From contig LGFQ01000001.1 in assembly GCA_001508935.1 (NCBI GenBank), forward strand, positions 1,392 to 65,391: a DNA stretch of 64,000 bases. Direction: 5' to 3'. Positions 44,570-53,912 of the stretch are shown here, in pieces. The stretch is from Synergistales bacterium 54_24 (GTDB lineage: Bacteria > Synergistota > Synergistia > Synergistales > Thermosynergistaceae). A program made the position numbers and the translations under genes. Below the pieces are notes generated by a model. The model was not told where the DNA came from. It saw only the letters and a program-made list of their open reading frames with translations, and made no database searches. How positions within the stretch are numbered: the stretch's first letter is position 1; each line of letters begins with the position of its first letter.

Positions 44570-45367
44570 ATGTCGAATAGCGACGAGAAACTGAGCTTTA
44601 TCTCAGCGATCGGTAGGGGAATCATCGCCTTTTTGGAAGTATTGGGGTGCTACGTAGTTTTTGCGTATAGAGCGCTGAGCGGCCTATGGCGACATACATG
44701 GAGTTTGCGCGATCTCGTGGAGCAGCTGGAGAAAGTGGGCGTGGGTTCTGTTATCATGGTCTCCATAACCAGCGCGTTTACAGGGATGGTCATGGCCGTT
44801 CAGACTTTAGATCAGTTTTTGCGATTCGGCGCAGGTGACTATATAGGCGGCGTGATCGCCTTGAGCCTCATAAGGGAGATGTCACCAGTGTTGACTGGGC
44901 TTGTGGTGGCTGGGCGTGTGGGGGCGTCTATGGCTGCCGAAATCGGCACCATGCGGGTTACAGAACAGCTCGACGCCCTCAAGGCTTTTGGCCTGAACGA
45001 CGAGGTTTTTGTTGGGGCGCCGAGGATAGTGTCTTCGATGATAATGCTGCCCGTATTGACGATCTATTCCTTTGTCGTGGGCATAGGAGGAGGTTATCTC
45101 TATGTGGTGGCCCATGGCGTGCACCAAAGTACCTTTAGGCGATCTATTGAGGTCCTTGTAGATCCTTATGACGTCTACGGCGGTTTGTTAAAGGCTCTCG
45201 TATTCGGCCTCATCATAGCAACTGTGGCATGTAGCGAGGGTTTTCGTGCTGGCAACGGCGCTAAAGGGGTCGGCGAAGCTACGACTCGCGCTGTGGTGTG
45301 GGGCGATATGCTGATTTTGACCTTCAACTACTTCCTCTCCACCTTCCTTTTCGGGGGTGGAGGTTAG
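44570..45367 (+). CDS. mlaE: MlaE-family ABC transporter permease
   Basis: 265 aa. Multi-TM protein with the typical MlaE/YrbE organisation (VGVGSVIMVSITSAFTGMVMAVQT, REMSPVLTGLVVAGRVGASMAAEIGTMRVTEQLDAL). Confidence 0.85.
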   Translation: MSNSDEKLSFISAIGRGIIAFLEVLGCYVVFAYRALSGLWRHTWSLRDLVEQLEKVGVGSVIMVSITSAFTGMVMAVQTLDQFLRFGAGDYIGGVIALSLIREMSPVLTGLVVAGRVGASMAAEIGTMRVTEQLDALKAFGLNDEVFVGAPRIVSSMIMLPVLTIYSFVVGIGGGYLYVVAHGVHQSTFRRSIEVLVDPYDVYGGLLKALVFGLIIATVACSEGFRAGNGAKGVGEATTRAVVWGDMLILTFNYFLSTFLFGGGG

Positions 45368-46134
45368 TGGAGGAGATATTGAGGGTAAGCGAGGCGTTTA
45401 AGCGGTTCGATGATCACCAGGTGCTTAAGGGCGTGAGCTTCGCGCTGGCTGCCGGCGAAGCGATGGCTCTAATGGGACCATCTGGATGCGGAAAAACCAC
45501 GGTCTTACGCTTGGTCCTGCGCCTCGTCGATATCGAAGACGGAGAGGTTCACCTATTCGGCCGCAACGTAGCCGAGGCAGACGAAGAAGAGCTGATCGAA
45601 CTGAGACGTAGGATCGGCGTCGTCTTCCAAGGAGGAGCGCTCTTTGACTCGATGAGCGTAGGGGATAATGTGGCCTTTCCGCTGTATTATTGTTTGGGGG
45701 TCAAAGACAGAAAAGCCGTAAGCGAACGCGTCGAGGAAATCCTGACGGCTGTGGGACTCGAAGGCGCGGAGAGGCTCCTCCCAGCTGAGCTATCCGGCGG
45801 GATGAGAAAACGTGTTGCGATCGCGAGAGCGTTGGTTTATCGTCCTCAGTTATTGCTTTTGGACGAGCCATCTACGGGGCTTGATCCGATCACGGCAAGG
45901 CTCATAGACGAGCTCGTTCTGAAGTTGAAAGAGACGTTTAATGTCGGCGTGCTCATGGTCACTCACGACATAGTTTCTGCTCTCGGCGTCAGCGACAAGA
46001 TATCCCTAATGGATGAAGGGCGCATAGTATGGGCTGGTACACCCCTTGAGTGGCATGAGTCGCAGGACCCTAACGTCTTACGATTCGCCTCTGGGCTCAG
46101 AGCCGTGAGGAGAGGTGAGCGGATTGAGCCGTGA
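45367..46134 (+). CDS. mlaF: MlaF-family ABC transporter ATP-binding protein
   Basis: The GTG at 45367 overlaps the mlaE stop. Walker A GPSGCGKTT, signature LSGGMRKRVAIARAL, Walker B LLLDEP. Confidence 0.88.
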   Translation: MEEILRVSEAFKRFDDHQVLKGVSFALAAGEAMALMGPSGCGKTTVLRLVLRLVDIEDGEVHLFGRNVAEADEEELIELRRRIGVVFQGGALFDSMSVGDNVAFPLYYCLGVKDRKAVSERVEEILTAVGLEGAERLLPAELSGGMRKRVAIARALVYRPQLLLLDEPSTGLDPITARLIDELVLKLKETFNVGVLMVTHDIVSALGVSDKISLMDEGRIVWAGTPLEWHESQDPNVLRFASGLRAVRRGERIEP

Positions 46135-47473
46135 GCTAAAGGTCGGAATAGCAACCTTCGTTGCCCTATTACTGCTCGGAGGGTTGGTCTTCGTCACGGG
46201 CGGCAAATGGTGGCGACAAAAAGGTTACGAGATAGAAGTTTTATTGGAAGACGCCTCTGGCCTCAAGAGTGGTTCTCCTGTATACATCTCAGGTGTTGAG
46301 GGAGGGTACGTGATAGGTGTGTATTTGATTCCAGCAAGAGCGTCGGTCAAGATATCAGTGCGCGAGGAGTATAAAATACCGATCGACAGCAGCTTCATAG
46401 TTGACAGGGGGGGGTTATTGGGGGAGGCCAACTTGAAGATCTACAGAGGGCAAAGCGAGGAGTATCTTTCACCCGGGAGTACCGTCAACGGAAAGTCCCA
46501 GCCTGGAATGGACGAGTTGATCGCCGAAGTGCGAACAAACCTCCAGATCATGGAGGAGATTTTTAGCAGGATAAAAGAGATTATGGACGATCAAGAGGTT
46601 TGGGGGGCCTTTAGAAAGGCCTCTATAGATCTTCCTCATCTCGTTGCAGATGTGCGGGTGGCGATGCAGCGCCTCTCGAACGTTACAGATCAAGGAAAGG
46701 CATTTCTTGAGGGGGTTCAGGCAGACGTCGACGTCCTTACCAAGCGTTGGTCCAGTCTGTCGGGGACGATAGAGGGAGTAGTAAAAGAAAACAGCGAAAA
46801 CTTGAGGATGACCGTAACAAAGCTGAGATCGTCCGTGGAACGAATAGACTCAATAATAACCGATTTCGACGTTGATGGAGAGGGCGGAAAAGATTTGAGA
46901 CGCGCTGTAAAGGGACTGGGGGACGCAACTCAAAGCCTCACTGAGTTAGCGAGAAATCTTGACGCCGCTTTATTTGAAGATGGGGAAGGAAAATTACCCT
47001 CTCTTTTAGAAGATGTGACAAAAACGACTTCACAAGCCAGTGAGCTTTTGGAAGAAGTGCAATCTTATCGGATTAGTGGGAAGACTTTCGTTCACCAGGT
47101 GACCTCTGGCGAAGATGAAGAGCTCATGATGGATGTGGGTTTAGATATAGGGAAGGTAAACTCCCCATGGTTCCTCCGTCTCGCGGGCGAGGACTTGGGA
47201 TATGATGACGCGTTTACCGGTGCCTTCGGATATCGTGCCAGGTGGGGTGAACTATGGGGAGGCTATGTCCACGGAGATCTGGGCGGTGGAGCGCTCTGGG
47301 ATATGAAGACGATAGGCCTGCCGCTCGCCCTTTCTTGGCAGTGGTGGGATGAAGATGGAGGAAAATGGTATGTCCAAGGCGAGTGGCGCGTTACAGACCA
47401 CTGGGGGCTATTCTATCGCCGTTATGAGGACGATGATGACACGGAGTCGGTCGGCGTCTCCTACAGATTCTGA
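46115..47473 (+). CDS. mlaD: elongated MlaD/MCE-domain protein with helical stalk and OMP-like C-terminus
   Basis: 452 aa. N-terminal TM helix, MCE-like domain (EIEVLLEDASGLKSGSPVYISGVEGGYV), ~200 aa of charged helical sequence, then a Gly/Trp/Tyr-rich beta-like region ending ...VGVSYRF. Confidence 0.75.
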   Translation: MSGLSRELKVGIATFVALLLLGGLVFVTGGKWWRQKGYEIEVLLEDASGLKSGSPVYISGVEGGYVIGVYLIPARASVKISVREEYKIPIDSSFIVDRGGLLGEANLKIYRGQSEEYLSPGSTVNGKSQPGMDELIAEVRTNLQIMEEIFSRIKEIMDDQEVWGAFRKASIDLPHLVADVRVAMQRLSNVTDQGKAFLEGVQADVDVLTKRWSSLSGTIEGVVKENSENLRMTVTKLRSSVERIDSIITDFDVDGEGGKDLRRAVKGLGDATQSLTELARNLDAALFEDGEGKLPSLLEDVTKTTSQASELLEEVQSYRISGKTFVHQVTSGEDEELMMDVGLDIGKVNSPWFLRLAGEDLGYDDAFTGAFGYRARWGELWGGYVHGDLGGGALWDMKTIGLPLALSWQWWDEDGGKWYVQGEWRVTDHWGLFYRRYEDDDDTESVGVSYRF

Positions 47474-47488
47474 GGGAGGACAGAGGGA

Positions 47489-48091
47489 GTGTTCGTAACA
47501 TTCGAGGGGATCGATGGAGCAGGCAAGAGCACTCAAGCGGCCCTCTGCGCAGAGTGGCTAAAGGGGCTTTTGGGAGACTCAAATATCCTCTTGACCAAGG
47601 AGCCGGGAGGGTGGTCAGGGGGGGAGAGTTTGCGCGATGCGCTGCTTTATGGGAATTTAAGCGATCCCTGGAGTGAATTGTACGTGTTCTTGGCCGATCG
47701 CCTCGAGCATGTAAAAAGGGTGATTAGGCCGGCTTTAGAGGCCGACAAAACCGTAATCTGTGAGCGCTATATAGATTCCACTCTGGCCTATCAAGTGTGG
47801 GGAAGAGGGCTACCGCTCAAGAGAGTTAATGAATTGATGCAATGGCACAACTTTCCCATGCCTGATCTCACTTTGCTCTTTGACCTCCCCCTTGAAGAGG
47901 CTTTGCGTCGCCTGAATGCAAGGGGAAGAAGGGACGAGTTAGAGGGCGAGACTTTCCTCTCGCACGTCCGCGAGGGGTACAAAAGTATAGCCGGCGAGTA
48001 TGATAGGATCAAGGTGGTGGACGCCGCTTTGGATATGTGGTCTGTTCATAGAATTGTGCGCGATATAATCGCGCGATGCTTATTTCAATGA
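47489..48091 (+). CDS. tmk: thymidylate kinase
   Basis: 200 aa. VTFEGIDGAGKSTQ P-loop and DRY-like ERYIDS motif. Confidence 0.92.
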   Translation: MFVTFEGIDGAGKSTQAALCAEWLKGLLGDSNILLTKEPGGWSGGESLRDALLYGNLSDPWSELYVFLADRLEHVKRVIRPALEADKTVICERYIDSTLAYQVWGRGLPLKRVNELMQWHNFPMPDLTLLFDLPLEEALRRLNARGRRDELEGETFLSHVREGYKSIAGEYDRIKVVDAALDMWSVHRIVRDIIARCLFQ

Positions 48092-48522
48092 AGGTCGATC
48101 GATCTAAGAGAAGAAATGAGTGGGAAACCCAAAAAGCTTTGCATAGTCGCCGCGATCCCGTGGGTGCGACCTCTGGCGTTGAGAGCGGGCGATTTGAAGA
48201 CCGCTTCGCTTCAGTTGAGGTTATATCACTGCTCGAAGAGCTCGAAGAGCTGTCAGATCAACTCATCCGTTTTCCGTCGCAATTGCTCCTGAGCAGGTAC
48301 AAGGGGTTAGTGAAGGCCTTGCTCCAGATGGCAGTAGAGGGGATGCGAATAAAGAAGGAACTTCGGTGGAAGCGCTCAGAAAAGACGCTTCTGTTGGCAG
48401 TAGAAAAAGCCGATTCGGCGCTCGACTCCCTTGAGAAGGCCATTCTCAGAGAGTCCGAAAGGGTGGAGATTTTGAAGCTTGTGGAGGAGATCAAAGGTTG
48501 TCTGATCTCTCTCTTTATGTAA
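48076..48522 (+). CDS. DUF327 (YaaR-like) protein
   Basis: 148 aa. Its position (tmk-X-holB) and the sequence pattern (...YKGLVKALLQMAV..., helical C-terminus) fit the YaaR/DUF327 family of Firmicutes. The start is ATG 48076 or 48088. Confidence 0.6.
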   Translation: MLISMKVDRSKRRNEWETQKALHSRRDPVGATSGVESGRFEDRFASVEVISLLEELEELSDQLIRFPSQLLLSRYKGLVKALLQMAVEGMRIKKELRWKRSEKTLLLAVEKADSALDSLEKAILRESERVEILKLVEEIKGCLISLFM

Positions 48523-49412
48523 GAGAAAGCGCCGCCTTTCAAAGCTTAAAAGAGGCATCTCTGCAGGGCAAGAAGCCCCATGCAGTTGCCTTTGTGGCAC
48601 AAACCTCCCTGCATGAAACCATTTTAACTGAGGTGGGCAAGCTCTACCTATGTGAGGGCGGCAGCGGCGAAGACGAATGCCAGTCTTGCCAAGCTTGGGA
48701 TGGAATCAGCCATCCTGATCTCATAATGGCCGGTTCTTTCGACAGACCTCCTGGAATTGACGACTGCCGCCACATGTCGGCTGAGCTTTTTCTCGCACCG
48801 GTCGTATCGCCATTGAGATTGGGCGTTATATGCGCTGCCGATAGGCTGTCGTTGCCGGCTGCCAACAGCCTTTTGAAAATAACTGAGGAGCCTCCGCAAA
48901 AGGGGGCAATTCTGTTTTTGATGGAAGAGGCTAAACTCATCCCTACCCTCCAAAGCCGAGTCTGGACCTTTTCGCTATACGAAGGACAATCTCTTTCTCC
49001 CCTACCTTTACCCGTCGGATGGGAAGAATGGTTGAAACTGCTCAGCGAACTTCAAGATATGGAAAGCGGCGAAGTCGACTTGACGCTCATGCGCTTGACC
49101 AGGGAGTGTTTGGAGGAGGGGCTTATCGATATGGCCCAGGAGATCGAGGAGTTGCGCCTGATCTCCCTTAGGGGCCACCTTGATTCTGCTATGGTAGCAG
49201 ATTTTCTTTTCGCCTTGTTTGAGGAGGGTATATCAATTGAGGACATATCTTGTGATCTTTGGCAAGCCACGTTATCCCGGCTTGCTTCGCACAGAGGACG
49301 AAATCTACGAAGGAGTTTCGAAGAGAACCTTCGTGGTGATCAATACGAGCAGAGGCACAGAGGTAGCCTTGGTGGCCGGAGAACTATCCGAGGGACAAGT
49401 GGAGCGCTATAG
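48498..49412 (+). CDS. holB: DNA polymerase III delta' subunit (degenerate P-loop)
   Basis: TTG start after GGAGGAGA. HAVAFV, the Zn-module-like CQSCQAW...HPDL, and AANSLLKITEEPP are clamp-loader delta' motifs. The last ~60 codons are Arg-rich and overlap ricT, so the true 3' end is questionable. Confidence 0.7.
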   Translation: MSDLSLYVRESAAFQSLKEASLQGKKPHAVAFVAQTSLHETILTEVGKLYLCEGGSGEDECQSCQAWDGISHPDLIMAGSFDRPPGIDDCRHMSAELFLAPVVSPLRLGVICAADRLSLPAANSLLKITEEPPQKGAILFLMEEAKLIPTLQSRVWTFSLYEGQSLSPLPLPVGWEEWLKLLSELQDMESGEVDLTLMRLTRECLEEGLIDMAQEIEELRLISLRGHLDSAMVADFLFALFEEGISIEDISCDLWQATLSRLASHRGRNLRRSFEENLRGDQYEQRHRGSLGGRRTIRGTSGAL

Positions 49413-50394
49413 CAAATGTTATACTGCCGCTGACGGAAATAGCGCGCGGGACAATGTAGTACCGCTGCAGGAGGTCTGCCTAGTCCGCTCCGCTACCGAA
49501 GATGAGATAAAGGCGATGCGGCTTCAGAGAGAGGAAGAAGATGCTATCCTGATAAGGGCCCGGGAGCTGCTGCGGCTCCATAACCTTCCCATGAAATTAG
49601 TAGATGCGGAATTCATCTTGGATAGAAAGAAGTTGTTTTTTTATTTTACCGCAGAGCAACGGGTCGATTTTCGCTCATTCGTCAAAGACTTAGCCAGAGA
49701 GTTTCATACGCGAATAGAGCTGCGCCAGATAGGGACGCGCGATGAAGCGAAGGTAGTAGCTGGCCTTTCGCCGTGTGGAATGCCCTGTTGTTGCGGCTAC
49801 TGGATGCATCGTTTCTACCCTGTATGCATCAAGATGGTAAAGGAGCAGAACTTAGCCCTGAACCCCGCTAAGATCTCTGGCCTTTGCGGCCGCCTCATGT
49901 GTTGCATAGGATATGAACATGCCAACTACGCCGATCTCTGGAAGGATCTGCCATCTCCGGGCTCTAAGATCAAGACCGACTCAGGAGCCTTTATTGTAGT
50001 AGGCGTGGACATAAATCAGGGGGCAGCGCGGGTTTTAACCCCTGACTTCGTAGAGCTCCGCGTACCGGTTGGCGAGTTCGAAGAGTTTAAAGAGCGCGTT
50101 ATGAGGGGAGAACAGTGGGATGTGGCAAAGCCTTCATTCCCAGTGAGCGCTGGCCTGTCTAACATAACAGAAGCCGTGGATGCAATTGCCTGTAGTTCGA
50201 CGACTTCGCGCGACTTGCCTCTACAACCATCCGATGGCAAAACACCCGGGGATGAGGCTAACAAGATCAAGAGAAATCGCCGCAAGAAGAGAAACACATT
50301 TGCGCCTGGGAAGGGTCGTCCAAACGAAAAAAATACTAAATCTACCAAGCCCAATGCTGCTAAAGAGAGAGCACGGGATCGGCGAGGCGGGTGA
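49237..50394 (+). CDS. ricT: PSP1-domain protein (RicT/YaaT family)
   Basis: The TTG at 49237 lies 8 nt after GGAGGG (the track start is 49219). PSP1 core (LVDAEFILDRKKLFFYFTAEQRVDFRSFVKDLAREFHTRIELRQIG) and Cys cluster (CGMPCCC...CGRLMCC). Lys/Arg-rich tail. Confidence 0.85.
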   Translation: MRTYLVIFGKPRYPGLLRTEDEIYEGVSKRTFVVINTSRGTEVALVAGELSEGQVERYSKCYTAADGNSARDNVVPLQEVCLVRSATEDEIKAMRLQREEEDAILIRARELLRLHNLPMKLVDAEFILDRKKLFFYFTAEQRVDFRSFVKDLAREFHTRIELRQIGTRDEAKVVAGLSPCGMPCCCGYWMHRFYPVCIKMVKEQNLALNPAKISGLCGRLMCCIGYEHANYADLWKDLPSPGSKIKTDSGAFIVVGVDINQGAARVLTPDFVELRVPVGEFEEFKERVMRGEQWDVAKPSFPVSAGLSNITEAVDAIACSSTTSRDLPLQPSDGKTPGDEANKIKRNRRKKRNTFAPGKGRPNEKNTKSTKPNAAKERARDRRGG

Positions 50395-50400
50395 GCTAAG

Positions 50401-51321
50401 ATGGCCATATTTAACCTCCTCAGGGAAAAATTGAAAGGTGTTAAAGGTAAGTGGAGCGAGGGGGTATCCGCACTCTTCGATCTGCGCTCGATTGACGAAT
50501 CCTTTTGGGAAGACCTGGAGGCGCTCCTCATAGCTGGCGATGTCGGCGTAGATACCGCCTCTTCTCTTGTTGAGGAACTGAAAGAGAGGGCCAAAGAGGA
50601 AAACATCAAAGATGCTATGGCTCTGAAAGAGCGCTTTGCTTCCATGTTAATAGATCGAATTCAAGCGATAGACGGCGTAGGCGAGCCTTTGAGAGTTAAG
50701 GGTAGCCCTTCGGTGATCATGATTGTCGGAGTCAACGGCAGTGGCAAGACGACGACAGCTGCAAAGCTCGCAGCGCTTTGTAAGAAAGAAGGCAAAAACG
50801 TCATATTGGCGGCCGCTGACACGTTTAGGGCAGCGGCAGTGGATCAGCTCAAGATCTGGGGCGATCGCATAGGTGTGAGGGTTGTGGCGCATCCGCTGGG
50901 CGGAGACGCCTCAGCTGTCATATATGACGCAATCCACGCAGCTTTCGCTTCTAAAGCAGATCTGGTTATAACGGATACGGCAGGAAGGTTGCACACTAAA
51001 CATAACCTCATGGAAGAATTGAAGAAGATGAAGCGCGTTATAGATAGGGAAATCCCGGGTGAACCGTCGGAGATCTTGATAGTTTTGGACGCCGTCACTG
51101 GGCAGAACGGCTTTGCCCAAGCTTTGGCATTTCATGAGGCCCTCTCTCTGACAGGGGCAGTGCTCGCCAAATATGACAGCACTGCTAAGGGTGGGATCAT
51201 CATAGCTGTAGCAGACAGGCTTGGCCTTCCGATACGATATGTGGGCTTGGGTGAATCGATAGACGATCTATGTCTCTTTGACCCACAGTCATTCGTGAAG
51301 GGCTTGCTTGATATGGATTAA
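50401..51321 (+). CDS. ftsY: signal recognition particle receptor FtsY (NG domain only)
   Basis: 306 aa. IMIVGVNGSGKTTTAAKLA, DTFRAAA, DTAGR, AKYDSTAKGG. Confidence 0.95.
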   Translation: MAIFNLLREKLKGVKGKWSEGVSALFDLRSIDESFWEDLEALLIAGDVGVDTASSLVEELKERAKEENIKDAMALKERFASMLIDRIQAIDGVGEPLRVKGSPSVIMIVGVNGSGKTTTAAKLAALCKKEGKNVILAAADTFRAAAVDQLKIWGDRIGVRVVAHPLGGDASAVIYDAIHAAFASKADLVITDTAGRLHTKHNLMEELKKMKRVIDREIPGEPSEILIVLDAVTGQNGFAQALAFHEALSLTGAVLAKYDSTAKGGIIIAVADRLGLPIRYVGLGESIDDLCLFDPQSFVKGLLDMD

Positions 51322-51343
51322 ATATATAGGAGATCAGTTGAGG

Positions 51344-52078
51344 ATGAGTAAAAAAATCGCTGACGAGATTACAGTTGATGAAGCTCTATGCCTTCTTTTT
51401 CGTCACAAAGCTGCGGCTATTTCCCTTTGCCTCAATGAAAGTTCGTTCTACGTCCGGCAAGAAGAGCTCATTGCGGCTATGGAACGCGGCTTTGGCGGCT
51501 CCCCGTTGGGGCACTGGCTCAAAAGTTCTCATCGATGCGCGAGCGAGGCCGACGATTTTTCCCCCAACGAAAGCGTGGTTTTGGTGGAAGGAACATCGTG
51601 TCGCCTCGTTAAGGTATCCGAATTGAAAGGGGCAATCGCAGATGAGGACCATTCTGCATGGGTGAATTTGCCCTTCCCCTTAATTCACAGAAACGCCGCA
51701 GGCGAGATTTCGACAAACAGCGTTGCCAGAGATCTGCTCGAAGGAGAATCCATACCGCCCTCCCTCTTAGATCAAGCCCTAAAGGACAAAGAAGCCCTTT
51801 GTGTTGTAAATGGCAGATCCTTTCTGCTCCGCCATCTCGGCCATGGGTATTTTACCCTCGAAGAGATCGACGAAGAGGTGGAGTTGGCTCAGGAGATAAT
51901 ATGGCAGGCGGCCGTGGGAAAGGCATTGTTAAAACGCCTGGAACAAGAGGGCGTGAAGGTCAAACAGTTTCCCAACAAAGACTTCCCTTCGAGCGACCTT
52001 GACGGAGAGCTGGTTTTGTGTTCCTGGGGAGATATACCTTTGGGCTATCTTCTCATTGAGTTTCAAGATAGGAGGTAG
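51344..52078 (+). CDS. hypothetical protein
   Basis: 244 aa, soluble. The ATG at 51344 lies downstream of the ftsY stop. There are weak CBS-like and PAS-like impressions only, and no family I can name. Confidence 0.5.
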   Translation: MSKKIADEITVDEALCLLFRHKAAAISLCLNESSFYVRQEELIAAMERGFGGSPLGHWLKSSHRCASEADDFSPNESVVLVEGTSCRLVKVSELKGAIADEDHSAWVNLPFPLIHRNAAGEISTNSVARDLLEGESIPPSLLDQALKDKEALCVVNGRSFLLRHLGHGYFTLEEIDEEVELAQEIIWQAAVGKALLKRLEQEGVKVKQFPNKDFPSSDLDGELVLCSWGDIPLGYLLIEFQDRR

Positions 52079-52086
52079 GTCGGGCC

Positions 52087-52596
52087 TTGTTCCCCGCAGT
52101 CAAACTCTTTGTCGGCTTTCTCTATCCCGACGAAGATACGTTATCGTCTGCCTTGGATCGCTTGCGGGCATTATGGGGAGACGTCCAGCGCGTCAGTTCG
52201 TCTTTTCCCTTCGAGCATACGGATTACTACGCGCAGATATCCCCCCATCTTTTGCGACGTTTCGCCTCTTTCTGTGGGCTTCGCCACGCCGGCAAACTAT
52301 CGCGGTGGAAGCAGCAGGCAATAGAAGTGGAAAAGCAGAGCGGGACCCCGAGGCGAATCAATATAGATCCAGGGTATGTCGATGGCGCAAGGATCATTTT
52401 GGCTTCGACGAAAGACCACGCGCATCGCGTATATTTGAGAGACGGCATATACGCAGAGGTTACGTTGCGCTTTCGCCAGGGCAGGTGGCTTCCCTTCGAT
52501 TACACATTTCCTGACTTCAGGAGCGGCGCTTATGATGCCTTTTTGGATTTGGTGCGCGAGGATTGGAAGAAAGAAAGGAGAGAAGGGCAGATTTGA
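52087..52596 (+). CDS. DUF4416-family protein
   Basis: 169 aa. VKLFVGFLYPDED...FEHTDYY...INIDPGYV...ILASTKDHAHRVYL matches my recollection of DUF4416. TTG start; the stop overlaps the purB start. Confidence 0.6.
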   Translation: MFPAVKLFVGFLYPDEDTLSSALDRLRALWGDVQRVSSSFPFEHTDYYAQISPHLLRRFASFCGLRHAGKLSRWKQQAIEVEKQSGTPRRINIDPGYVDGARIILASTKDHAHRVYLRDGIYAEVTLRFRQGRWLPFDYTFPDFRSGAYDAFLDLVREDWKKERREGQI

Positions 52597-53891
52597 TAGA
52601 ACGTTACCAGACAAAAGAGATGGCCGAAATATGGTCAGAAGAGAGCCAATATCGAAGCTGGCTCGAAGTGGAGTTGGCCGTGTGTCGCGCTTGGATGGAG
52701 CTCGGCGCGATACCGGAAGAGGACTTTCGTCAGATAGAAGAGAAAGCCTCATTCGATGTGGGGCGAATAAAAGAGATCGAAAGGGTCGTCCAGCACGACA
52801 TGATCGCCTTCGTATCTAACGTGGCGGAAAACGTGGGCGAAGCGGGGCGGTATATCCATCTGGGACTCACGAGCAGCGACGTGCTCGACACCGCATCGGC
52901 ATTGCGCCTAAAGAAAGCCACTTCTGCCTTATTAGACTCCCTCGAAACGCTTAGGCGATCGATACTCGACCAGGCCTGGACGTTTAAAGATGCGCTCTGC
53001 GTCGGCCGCACGCATGGGGTGCACGCGGAGCCGATGACGTTCGGGCTCAAGCTCCTCAACTGGTACGATCAACTCGGGCGAGACGCGAAGCGCCTTGAAA
53101 TGGCGAGGGAAGAAATTTCCTGGGGCAAGATATCGGGCGCCGTGGGGACATATGCCCATTGCCCTCCAGAGATCGAAGCGAGGGCTTGTGCGGTTTTGGG
53201 TCTGAGGCCAGCTGCGGTATCCAATCAAATATTGCAGCGGGATGCTCATGCTCATCTGTTAGCCGTCCTCGCTATAATGGGCACTGCCGTAGAGCGAATG
53301 GCCCTGGAAGTGAGACATCTTCAGCGCACTGAGGTCTTGGAAGCGCTTGAACCTTTCGGCAAAGGGCAAAAGGGCTCAAGCGCCATGCCGCATAAACGCA
53401 ATCCCATCACCTGTGAGCGGCTTTGCGGGATGGCAAGACTGCTTCGAGGTTATGCCCAGGTGGCGATGGAGAACGTGGCGTTATGGCACGAGCGCGATAT
53501 AAGCCACTCGTCCACAGAGAGAGTCATATGGCCCGATGCCTTCCACATCGCCCACTACATGCTTAAAACCGCACAGAGGGTCGTAGTTGGGATGGAGGTG
53601 GACGTAAAACGTATGGAAGAGAACTTTAACCTGACCAAGGGGCTCATATTCAGCCAAAGCGCCTTGTTGACCCTCGTAAATGCCGGCATGGCGAGAGACG
53701 AGGCTTACGCCGTGGTCCAGGAGGATGCGATGCGCGCTTTCAAGGATGGCATTTCTTTCGTCGATGTTTTAAAGGCAGATGAGCGCATAATCGCTCGCAT
53801 CAAAGAGAGCGATCTCGAGAGAGCCTTTGACCCCAAGAGATATTTGAAACACATAGACGACATTTTTGGGCGTTTCTCTCGCCCTGAGTAA
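52593..53891 (+). CDS. purB: adenylosuccinate lyase
   Basis: The TTG at 52593 (IERYQTKEMAEIWSEE...) overlaps the upstream stop. HLGLTSSDV and the signature GSSAMPHKRNP are present. Confidence 0.93.
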   Translation: MIERYQTKEMAEIWSEESQYRSWLEVELAVCRAWMELGAIPEEDFRQIEEKASFDVGRIKEIERVVQHDMIAFVSNVAENVGEAGRYIHLGLTSSDVLDTASALRLKKATSALLDSLETLRRSILDQAWTFKDALCVGRTHGVHAEPMTFGLKLLNWYDQLGRDAKRLEMAREEISWGKISGAVGTYAHCPPEIEARACAVLGLRPAAVSNQILQRDAHAHLLAVLAIMGTAVERMALEVRHLQRTEVLEALEPFGKGQKGSSAMPHKRNPITCERLCGMARLLRGYAQVAMENVALWHERDISHSSTERVIWPDAFHIAHYMLKTAQRVVVGMEVDVKRMEENFNLTKGLIFSQSALLTLVNAGMARDEAYAVVQEDAMRAFKDGISFVDVLKADERIIARIKESDLERAFDPKRYLKHIDDIFGRFSRPE

Positions 53892-53912
53892 AAATGGAAA
53901 GGGGTGCACGGT

